Positions 8,140 to 14,086 of a stretch of DNA of 20,476 bases are shown in pieces. Source of the stretch: Candidatus Eiseniibacteriota bacterium (GTDB taxonomy: Bacteria; Eisenbacteria; RBG-16-71-46; CAZEPH01); the NCBI GenBank assembly GCA_044229145.1, contig JBGATO010000062.1, positions 1 to 20,476 on the forward strand, written 5' to 3'. The notes beneath the pieces were generated by a model. It saw nothing but the letters and a program-made list of their open reading frames with translations. It ran no database searches and was not told where the DNA came from. A program made the translations under genes and the position numbers. Every line of letters starts with the position of its first letter. Positions within the stretch are counted from its first letter, which is position 1.

Positions 8140-8418
8140 TCAGTCCTCCACGCGCTCGATCTTGACGAGCTCGACGTCGTCGCCGGACAGCCACACCCCG
8201 AGCGACGCGAGCCGCGCCGCCTCACGGCTGTCGTGGGTCTTGCGGTCGCGAAACCAGGTGCCGCTGGACAACGCGTTGCTGGTATAGAACGCCTCACCCT
8301 CGCGCGTCACCGCGACGAGCACCTTCTTGCCGCCGACGAGCGTGACCGCCCACGACTCGACGTAACGTTCGGACGGCAGACGCACGACGTTGTCGCGCTG
8401 GCGCGCCGTGAGCTTCAC
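8140..8418 (-). CDS. Hypothetical protein (92 aa)
   Basis: GTG 8418 overlaps the deformylase stop (GTGA); GC-ending codons. Confidence 0.7.
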   Translation of the reverse strand: MKLTARQRDNVVRLPSERYVESWAVTLVGGKKVLVAVTREGEAFYTSNALSSGTWFRDRKTHDSREAARLASLGVWLSGDDVELVKIERVED

Positions 8419-8954
8419 GCGAACCTCTGCTTGTACTGCGCGAGGAAGCGCGCGCGGCGGTTGCGGTCCTTGATCTGGTCGAAGAAGAGCTTGCCGCCGA
8501 GGTGCTCGAACTCGTGCTGGAAGGCCCGCGCCGCCAGGCCGTCGACGTTCGTGTAGCCGACGCCCACGAGCGCCCCGTCGACGCCGAGCGGCGACCAGAA
8601 CATGACGTCGATCGCCGCCGGCCGCTCCAGCGTCAGGGTCGCGCCGGGCATCGACAGGCAGCCCTCGGCGATGCTCGCCATGGCCTCGCTGCGCTTCGTG
8701 ATCTTGGGGTTGATCACCGCGAGCGCCGGCTGTTGTGTCGGATCGTCCGCGACGAGCGAGATCGAGGCCGCGATCACGAAGACGCGCTTCGACACGCCGA
8801 TCTGTGGCGCGGCCAGGCCCAGGCCGGCCTGGGCCGACATCGTGTCGCGGAGGTCCGCGATCAGCGCCGGCAGCTCCGGGTCGTTGAGATCGACGGGCGC
8901 GGCGATCTGGCGGAGGATCGGGTCGGTGTGCGGAAGGACCTTGCGTACAGCCAT
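8415..8954 (-). CDS. def: Peptide deformylase (179 aa)
   Basis: All three PDF motifs: GLGLAAPQIG, EGCLS, QHEFEHLGG; also DPILRQIA and VINPKI. Confidence 0.95.
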   Translation of the reverse strand: MAVRKVLPHTDPILRQIAAPVDLNDPELPALIADLRDTMSAQAGLGLAAPQIGVSKRVFVIAASISLVADDPTQQPALAVINPKITKRSEAMASIAEGCLSMPGATLTLERPAAIDVMFWSPLGVDGALVGVGYTNVDGLAARAFQHEFEHLGGKLFFDQIKDRNRRARFLAQYKQRFA

Positions 8955-8960
8955 GGGCAG

Positions 8961-8989
8961 ACCCTACACGATCCACCCGAAAAGGTCAA
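8961..8989 (-). promoter_or_regulatory. Sigma70-type promoter TTGACC-N17-TAGGGT, 6 nt before the def ATG (leaderless)
   Basis: Hexamers fill the 39-bp gap; no SD. Confidence 0.75.
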
Positions 8990-8993
8990 AGCC

Positions 8994-9530
8994 TCAGACG
9001 GTGATGCGCGCGACGTCGGGGCCGAAGGCGGCTTCCTTCTCCAGCACGATCACGTAGTCGTACCCGACTTCGAGGAAGAGCGGCGCCTGCCAACGCCCAT
9101 CGTCGTCGGTCTGCGTGACCGAGACGGCCAGGTCGCGACGCCCGCGGTCCCAGTCCGGCTGCTTGTAGGCGTGGACGGTCGCCTGCGGCACGCCCGCCCC
9201 GCTCGGCGCGACGTAGCGCAGGGCGTCGACGCCGCCGTAGTTGTGGTCGACGGGCACGCGGGTGTCGAGGTCGGCGGCCTTCGAACCGTCGGAGCGGAAG
9301 AGCCCGGAGTTGGTCACCACGACGCCGCGGTCGGTCAGCCCGAGCACCTGGTAGACGCTGGTCAGCTCACCGCCGAGGTCGTCGTAGACCGGCCTGGCGA
9401 CGCCCGCCGCGGCCGGCACGACGGCGATCGTCGCCTGGGTACCCGCCGGCGTCGCGGACCGCCGGATCTCGTACTGGACGACCGCGGGGTCGGTCGCCGC
9501 GGTCCACGTGATGCGCACGCCGTTGGCCAT
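8994..9530 (-). CDS. Protein with FN3-like and Ig/prealbumin-like beta domains (178 aa), probable virion accessory
   Basis: VRITWTAATDPAVVQYEIRRS...YQV (FN3-like); GVPQATVHAY...TQTDDDGRW...LEVGYDYVIVLEK (carboxypeptidase-regulatory-like pattern). Confidence 0.65.
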   Translation of the reverse strand: MANGVRITWTAATDPAVVQYEIRRSATPAGTQATIAVVPAAAGVARPVYDDLGGELTSVYQVLGLTDRGVVVTNSGLFRSDGSKAADLDTRVPVDHNYGGVDALRYVAPSGAGVPQATVHAYKQPDWDRGRRDLAVSVTQTDDDGRWQAPLFLEVGYDYVIVLEKEAAFGPDVARITV

Positions 9531-9536
9531 GCGCCA

Positions 9537-9542
9537 AGTCTA
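9537..9542 (-). promoter_or_regulatory. -10 box TAGACT, 6 nt before ATG 9530, built on the upstream TAG stop
   Basis: TAGACT-tggcgc-ATG; same hexamer and spacing as at 3695. Confidence 0.5.
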
Positions 9543-10121
9543 GTTCTCGCGGCGGTCCGGGTCGTGGCAGGTCGGCGCCTGGTTCTTGACCACGGCGCGC
9601 AGCCGCTCGGGCAGCTGCGCCAGCAGCACGTCGTAGTGCTCCAGGGCGCGCAGGTCGTGGCGCAGCTCGAAGACGGCGGCGAGGTCGAGCGGCTCGCGGG
9701 CGAGCAGCGCCGTCAGCGCCGACCGCACGCCGTACGTCAGGTAGGCCGCCGCGGCGCGCTCGTTGTCGAGCGTCTGCGCCGTGGCCTCCAGCTGCGCCGC
9801 CAGGACGGGGTACGGCGGGGCGGTGACGCGCGGCGGCGGTTCCCCGCCCTGGCCCAACCAGCTGTCGGCGCGGAGCAGCGCCGGCGGTTCGGCGCGGACC
9901 CGCGTGGCGCCCGCCAGCCGCGTGTCGATCGCGAGCAGCATGGCGACCGCGCCCGCGAAGGTCCAGTCGTACGTGAGCTTCTGGTTGTAGTCTGTGTCGA
10001 GCTCCGGCGACACGACCGACCACATGCCGCCGCGACAGCGCGCGTTGAACGCGTGTTCGACGTCTGCGGCGTCGGTGACGAACAGCTTGCCCTCGAACGG
10101 CCCGGTGAGTTGCTGGTTCAT
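9540..10121 (-). CDS. Hypothetical protein (193 aa)
   Basis: ATG 10121, 7 nt after TAGGGT; GC-ending codons. Confidence 0.7.
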   Translation of the reverse strand: MNQQLTGPFEGKLFVTDAADVEHAFNARCRGGMWSVVSPELDTDYNQKLTYDWTFAGAVAMLLAIDTRLAGATRVRAEPPALLRADSWLGQGGEPPPRVTAPPYPVLAAQLEATAQTLDNERAAAAYLTYGVRSALTALLAREPLDLAAVFELRHDLRALEHYDVLLAQLPERLRAVVKNQAPTCHDPDRREN

Positions 10122-10128
10122 GCGTACG

Positions 10129-10157
10129 ACCCTACCACCGAGACCGGCGGAGGCCAA
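10129..10157 (-). promoter_or_regulatory. Promoter TTGGCC-N17-TAGGGT with upstream T-tract (leaderless)
   Basis: Same -10 as the def promoter; 7 nt to ATG 10121. Confidence 0.6.
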
Positions 10158-10164
10158 AAGAAAA

Positions 10165-10181
10165 GCTTTACACGGTAAAGC
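10165..10181. promoter_or_regulatory. Palindromic motif copy GCTTTAC-ACG-GTAAAGC between divergent promoters
   Basis: 7-bp perfect arms; lies between the -35 boxes at 10152-10157 (-) and 10188-10193 (+). Confidence 0.75.
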
Positions 10182-10187
10182 CCGGCC

Positions 10188-10217
10188 TTGACAGAGATCA
10201 GTGACGGCGCGTAGGCT
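10188..10217 (+). promoter_or_regulatory. Sigma70-type promoter TTGACA-N18-TAGGCT, 8 nt before ATG 10226
   Basis: Consensus -35; no SD before ATG. Confidence 0.7.
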
Positions 10218-10225
10218 TCACGTCC

Positions 10226-10870
10226 ATGGCAGTTGCAATGGCGCTTTCGGACGAACCTGACCCGCCTACGCCGCCGTTCGCGTTGTGTAAGAAGTGCAAG
10301 AAGCACCCAGCCACCACCGGATTCGTGACGTGCGAAACGTGTCGCGAGCTACAGCGCCGATACACACGCAAGTCGGTACATCGAAAACGCGCAAACGATA
10401 AGTGCGTTCGGTGCGGCCTGGACAACGACACGCGCGGAACGAACTGCGCCGCGTGCTGTGCCAAGATTAACGACAAGAGCGCCGAGATGCGGGCCGTCAA
10501 ACGCGAGCAAGGCCTCTGCGTACAGTCAGGCTGCGACCGTGAGAAGCTGACCCACAGCTCGTACTGTTTCCGGCACTGGGCAGGTTCGGCGGTGAAGTAC
10601 GATTACGCGCTCATCGAACAACTCCGGGTGTCCTGGAACGAGCAACGCGGACGCTGCGCGATCACCAATCGGCCGTTACAGCCCGGCGTCAACGCCAGCC
10701 TCGACCACATCGTTCCGAAGTCGCGCGGAGGCGCAGACGACTTGGACAATCTACGCTGGACGACGCTCACCGCCAACCGCGCGCGCGGTGATCTGACCGA
10801 CCAAGAGCTCTTCGACTTCCTCCACGACGCGTATCACCACATGCACGCGAAAGGCTTCCGCCGCACATGA
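10226..10870 (+). CDS. HNH endonuclease with N-terminal Cys-rich Zn-binding repeats (214 aa)
   Basis: CKKC/CETC, CVRC/CAAC, CVQSGC/CFRH; QRGRCAIT...ASLDHIVPKSRGGADDLDNLRW...NRAR; lower GC than flanks. Confidence 0.9.
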   Translation: MAVAMALSDEPDPPTPPFALCKKCKKHPATTGFVTCETCRELQRRYTRKSVHRKRANDKCVRCGLDNDTRGTNCAACCAKINDKSAEMRAVKREQGLCVQSGCDREKLTHSSYCFRHWAGSAVKYDYALIEQLRVSWNEQRGRCAITNRPLQPGVNASLDHIVPKSRGGADDLDNLRWTTLTANRARGDLTDQELFDFLHDAYHHMHAKGFRRT

Positions 10871-11127
10871 ACAACACCGGCCTCTTCATCCCCGACGACG
10901 TCAACACGCACATCGACGCGCACGGGCGCCTCTTCTTCTGGAAGGCCCGCGTCGAGGATCCGAACTACACGAAGCGCTTCCTGCGCGCCGACCCCGCATT
11001 CTACCTCTGGGCCTCCGAGACCTCGCGCCTCGGGATGACGAAGGACGAGATGATCGCGTACTGGTCGGACCCGAAGAGCCAGTGCGTCGGCGTGCCGGCG
11101 TTCGGCGAGGCGCGGACGTACCCGTGA
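10867..11127 (+). CDS. Hypothetical protein (86 aa)
   Basis: ATGA overlap with the HNH gene; GC-ending codons. Confidence 0.7.
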   Translation: MNNTGLFIPDDVNTHIDAHGRLFFWKARVEDPNYTKRFLRADPAFYLWASETSRLGMTKDEMIAYWSDPKSQCVGVPAFGEARTYP

Positions 11128-11366
11128 ACGAGGACCGCGACGTCGAGATCTTGCGGCCGACGGCCCTGCGCGACGATCTCGAATGCACGAACCTCCGCGT
11201 CGCGTCGACGCTGTACACCAACGGCCGTCGCATCTACGTGCGCGATACGCTGACCATCGTCCGCGGAGGCAAGGCCCTCGGCGGACCGTGCGGCTTCTTC
11301 CGGCGTCTCTGGGAGCGCCTGCGCTACGCCTGGCGCTCGCTCTGGAACGAGAACTATCTCGGCTGA
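11124..11366 (+). CDS. 80-aa protein resembling the N-terminal module of the Gly-rich 481 protein
   Basis: GTG 11124 in a GTGA overlap with GAGG SD; DDLECTNLRVASTLYTNGRRIYVRDTLTI aligns by eye with RDFCANNFTIPSGYTVNMQGYRLFVSGVLTF. Confidence 0.6.
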   Translation: MNEDRDVEILRPTALRDDLECTNLRVASTLYTNGRRIYVRDTLTIVRGGKALGGPCGFFRRLWERLRYAWRSLWNENYLG

Positions 11367-11368
11367 GG

Positions 11369-11381
11369 TTTACACTGTTCG
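11369..11381. promoter_or_regulatory. Palindromic motif copy (degenerate) TTTACACTGTTCG
   Basis: First 10 nt match the consensus; directly after the 11366 stop. Confidence 0.5.
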
Positions 11382-11386
11382 AGGCC

Positions 11387-11427
11387 AAAAGAAAGGCGCG
11401 CTCCGGGAGCACCCCGGCCGCGCCTTT
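11387..11427 (-). terminator. Intrinsic terminator between convergent genes, possibly bidirectional
   Basis: AAAGGCGCG/CGCGCCTTT outer stem plus CCGGG/CCCGG inner stem; TTTCTTTT tail on the - strand. Confidence 0.8.
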
Positions 11428-11436
11428 GCTTCGAGC

Positions 11437-11646
11437 TTAGGCCGCGTACCGCTTCAGCTCTTCCCGCAAACGCGCCTCGCGCGCCACCAGTGCAGCGTAG
11501 TCCGCCTCCAGGCGCACGTGCGCCTGTAACACCGGCGACGGCAGCGAGCCCGGGTTGATGTCGAGGCGGGCCTCGATCTCGCGCCGTCGGCGTTCCACCT
11601 CGATCTGCTCGGCCGTCAGCTGCTCCAGGACCTTGTCGTTGCTCAT
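11437..11646 (-). CDS. Small coiled-coil hypothetical protein (69 aa)
   Basis: AGGAGG SD 6 nt before ATG; terminator downstream. Confidence 0.8.
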   Translation of the reverse strand: MSNDKVLEQLTAEQIEVERRRREIEARLDINPGSLPSPVLQAHVRLEADYAALVAREARLREELKRYAA

Positions 11647-11714
11647 GGGGTACCTCCTGAGCCCTGCGCGGGCTCTACCGCCTTGTACCCTGCGGCGGCG
11701 GGGATCTTCGGGCC

Positions 11715-11751
11715 AAAAGAAAAGGCGTCACTGCGTTGCCGCAGTGACGCC
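11715..11751 (-). terminator. Intrinsic terminator of the candidate small RNA
   Basis: 12-bp perfect stem GGCGTCACTGCG/CGCAGTGACGCC, GCAA (GNRA) loop, TTTTCTTTT tail. Confidence 0.9.
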
Positions 11752-11832
11752 CGTCCTTTCCGCCGTTGTAACCCGGAGGTGGCGGTGACCTCACGAGGAG
11801 GAACACCCGATGGCGATGGGAATACCGATCCC
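11715..11832 (-). ncRNA. Candidate ~118-nt small RNA with anti-SD and anti-AUG segments
   Basis: Bounded by a TTGACG-N17-TAGCCT promoter and a strong terminator; no credible - strand ORF; contains GCCAUCGGGUGUUCCUCCU and CACCUCC. Confidence 0.65.
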
Positions 11833-11838
11833 AGACGT

Positions 11839-11867
11839 AGGCTACCCCCGCGCCGGTCCGGCGTCAA
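11839..11867 (-). promoter_or_regulatory. Sigma70-type promoter TTGACG-N17-TAGCCT, not followed by a start codon
   Basis: Same class as the 3671, 8961 and 10188 promoters. Confidence 0.75.
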
Positions 11868-11871
11868 CTAC

Positions 11872-12072
11872 TCACTCACACCACTTGACCATCACGGGCT
11901 TCCAGGCCTCCTGGAACTCCCGCGTGAAGCCCGCGATCGCCCCGGTCGGCACGTCGACCTCGATGGCTCCGGCCAGGCGATAGACGCGGTAGCCGAGGAC
12001 GCCGAGGCGCTTCAGCAGGGCGGCGTCGGGGCGCCGGATGGCGAAGCGCGTGACGGGCACGGCCCCGCTCAC
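11872..12072 (-). CDS. Hypothetical protein (66 aa)
   Basis: GTG 12072 in a GTGA overlap; MSGAVPVTRFAIRRPD...KWCE. Confidence 0.65.
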   Translation of the reverse strand: MSGAVPVTRFAIRRPDAALLKRLGVLGYRVYRLAGAIEVDVPTGAIAGFTREFQEAWKPVMVKWCE

Positions 12073-12374
12073 GGCGTCACCGGTCGCAGGGCGCGACGCG
12101 CGTGCCGGTGGCGCCGCGCACCCCGGGCTTCGAGGTCGTCGTCGGCGTCCCAGGCCTGGGACAGGAAGGCGAAGGCCGAGGGAACCGCGGTGCCGTCGGT
12201 GTGCCGGCAGGAGACGTGCGGCGCGTTGGCGTCGTAGCAGGCGTAGCAGGTCGACGACTCCGGGCGATCGAGCTCGCCGCCGCAGTACGCACACCGGCCG
12301 TCGGATGCGAACGGTTCCGCCCCGTTCGTGAGCGCGAGAGAAGAGCCCCTCTCGTCGGGCGATAGGTCGGGCAT
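12069..12374 (-). CDS. Small putative Zn-finger protein (101 aa)
   Basis: CAYC...CYAC; ATG 5 nt after GGTATAAG (GTG 12377 is an alternative start). Confidence 0.65.
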   Translation of the reverse strand: MPDLSPDERGSSLALTNGAEPFASDGRCAYCGGELDRPESSTCYACYDANAPHVSCRHTDGTAVPSAFAFLSQAWDADDDLEARGARRHRHARRALRPVTP

Positions 12375-12404
12375 CACTTCTTATACCTGAAACCGATCGA
12401 AGCC

Positions 12405-12478
12405 AAAACAAGGGCGTTGCACCCCTGCGCGTACACCACGGGTGGCCCCGTGGTGTACGCTGTTGTCGACGAACGCCT
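12405..12478 (-). terminator. Hairpin/terminator-like structure after the 12482 stop
   Basis: 14-bp perfect stem GCGTACACCACGGG/CCCGTGGTGTACGC (12429-12460), outer GGCGTT/AACGCC pairing, TTGTTTT tail. Confidence 0.6.
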
Positions 12479-12481
12479 CGA

Positions 12482-12688
12482 TCAACCCGGCTGGGTTGCG
12501 AGGTCGAGCCGGATGGCGTGGAGCTTCTGCTCCGCGCTTTCCGCGCCCATCGTCGCGAAGAGATCGTCGAGATCACCGCCCACAACGGCAGTGTACTCGG
12601 CGACCGCCTCGCGCAGACGCGCGCGGATCCGGTCCTCGTTCGTCGCCACGCTACGCTCGGCGTAGCAGAACGACTTGCGATTGGCCAT
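12482..12688 (-). CDS. Hypothetical helical protein (68 aa)
   Basis: Very strong SD AAAGGAGG 8 nt before ATG 12688 (MANRKSFCY...). Confidence 0.75.
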   Translation of the reverse strand: MANRKSFCYAERSVATNEDRIRARLREAVAEYTAVVGGDLDDLFATMGAESAEQKLHAIRLDLATQPG

Positions 12689-12775
12689 TCGACATTCCTC
12701 CTTTCTGATAGGCAGCGGCCACACTTCCCATCAAGTACTTATACCGGGCGGAGGACGTCGTTTCGGGATTCCGGC

Positions 12776-12973
12776 CTAGTTGCGCCGCTTCTCCTGCCAG
12801 AGCAGGAGCTCGACGAAGGTCTTGCCGGTGTGGGCCTTGGCCTTGGCGTCCATCGCCGCCAGGCAGGTGTCGCACAGCACGAACACGTCGCCGAGCGAGA
12901 CGATGGTGTGCGTCGGTTCGCCGGTGCAGGCCGGCACCACGGTCTGGCAGCGCCTGTTTTCGGCGTCAGCCAT
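12776..12973 (-). CDS. Small putative Zn-binding protein (65 aa)
   Basis: CQTVVPAC...LCDTC; overlaps the upstream stop. Confidence 0.7.
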   Translation of the reverse strand: MADAENRRCQTVVPACTGEPTHTIVSLGDVFVLCDTCLAAMDAKAKAHTGKTFVELLLWQEKRRN

Positions 12974-13622
12974 CGGCGATCTGGGCCTCGGTGTCGGCCC
13001 AGTCCTCGTGGCCGTTGGCGCGGGCCCACGCGATCTGCTCCGGCGTCGGCCAGCCGCCGTACGGGCCGGTCGGTCCGTAGCTGCCGATGCGCAGGTGCGT
13101 CGTCTCGATCGCGTGCACCTCGCGCTTGAAGATGTACGTGCAGATGGCGTCGTGCGCGTGGTAGGCGCAACCGGTGAACGTGCCGTCCGGCGCGACCCAC
13201 CCGTACGAACTGGTCGGGTCGACCAGCGACGTGTTGGTCCAGTCGAGGCGGCGCCACGGGTCCTGCAGGAACGCGTCCAGGACCGAGGGGTCCTCGTCCA
13301 GCATGTCGACCGCGTCGAGGACTTCCTGCCGCTCCGGGTCGAAGTCCTGGTAGCCGCCGTTGCGGTTATAGAGGCGGCCCCCTTCGGCCGCGTAGTCCGC
13401 CCAGAACTTCAGGCCGGTGTGCTTGTCCTTGATCAACCGGAAGTGAAGCACGCCGTCCAGCAGACCGACGAGGTGTTCGCGCAGCGACTCGGCGTCGACA
13501 ACGTCCTCGTGGTGCATCGCCAGCACCTTGACGCCGTAGTGGGCGTCGTCGCGGACGCGGTCGTAGGCCTCGCCGGCGTCGAGCCGGTCGATCAGCGCTT
13601 GGACGTCTTTTGGACCAGCCAT
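12966..13622 (-). CDS. Hypothetical phage protein (218 aa)
   Basis: ATG 13622 after GAAGGAG; C-terminal YGWVAPDGTFTGCAYHAH, a possible metal-binding motif. Confidence 0.75.
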   Translation of the reverse strand: MAGPKDVQALIDRLDAGEAYDRVRDDAHYGVKVLAMHHEDVVDAESLREHLVGLLDGVLHFRLIKDKHTGLKFWADYAAEGGRLYNRNGGYQDFDPERQEVLDAVDMLDEDPSVLDAFLQDPWRRLDWTNTSLVDPTSSYGWVAPDGTFTGCAYHAHDAICTYIFKREVHAIETTHLRIGSYGPTGPYGGWPTPEQIAWARANGHEDWADTEAQIADG

Positions 13623-14086
13623 GCCGACTCTCCTTCGTCGCCGCAGGCCTCGCGGACCCGCACCGCCCGCCGGGCGAGCGGGCCGAGGTCGCCGCGCAGG
13701 TTCTTGGCGAAGCCGACGTATACCACGCCCCAGGCTCCGCACGCCAGGGCCCGCCGCGCCGCGCGCTCGGCGAAGTCCCCGTGGCACGGCCGCGCGATCA
13801 CGGCGCAGCTGTCCGGGGCGTAGGTGTACGTGCCGGCGTCGGCGAGTTGTACACCGTAAACCGGCCGCTGGTGGACGGCCAGGTCGAGGGCAACGACGCG
13901 CTGGCCGCGACGCTTCAGGGCCGCCGCGAGCTGCCCGGCCCCGGCGCCGACGTCGTAGTAGTCGACCGGCGGGAAGCCGACCAGCCCGTCGAGGAACGCC
14001 GGCGTGGGCTCGAAGAAGCGCACCACGCCGCCGGGCAGCCGGCCGATCGTGTCGGCGATCAGCGCGGCCATCGGGTCGTAGGTCAC
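13592..14086 (-). CDS. Class I SAM-dependent methyltransferase-like protein (164 aa)
   Basis: Motif I YYDVGAGAGQL, motif II VVALD, then ADA and VIARP; substrate unknown. Confidence 0.75.
   Translation of the reverse strand: MTYDPMAALIADTIGRLPGGVVRFFEPTPAFLDGLVGFPPVDYYDVGAGAGQLAAALKRRGQRVVALDLAVHQRPVYGVQLADAGTYTYAPDSCAVIARPCHGDFAERAARRALACGAWGVVYVGFAKNLRGDLGPLARRAVRVREACGDEGESAWLVQKTSKR
13848..13860. promoter_or_regulatory. Palindromic motif copy, intragenic (TGTACACCGTAAA)
   Basis: Encoded by GTT TAC GGT GTA CAA, four A/T-ending codons in a GC-ending gene. Confidence 0.65.

Larger units (their letters stand above)
10150..11394 (+). mobile_element. Putative inserted three-gene HNH cassette bounded by the 14-bp direct repeat GAGGCCAAAAGAAA
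   Basis: Repeat at 10150-10163 and 11381-11394; genes run opposite to the flanks; own promoter; palindrome just inside both ends. Confidence 0.5.

Noticed and set aside
8502..10178. Long alternative ORFs (for example 8502..10178 +, 1698..2981 -, 1979..3274 +, 17689..18780 +)
   Set aside because: Shadow frames of high-GC genes, rich in Arg/Gly/Ala/Val, lacking motifs and overlapping better-supported CDSs.
11715..11832. Known riboswitch (ykkC or fluoride type) or tRNA
   Set aside because: I could not match the conserved cores or a cloverleaf by eye; an Rfam search is still needed.
11643..11867. 74-aa - strand ORF across the sRNA
   Set aside because: Its TTG is the -35 box itself and it runs through a strong terminator.
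11810..11983. + strand 57-aa ORF (MAMGIPIPDV...) with a perfect AGGAGG
   Set aside because: Atypical codons, overlaps a coupled - strand gene in antisense, and no + strand promoter is seen; the SD is better explained as the complement of the sRNA's anti-SD. Not fully excluded.
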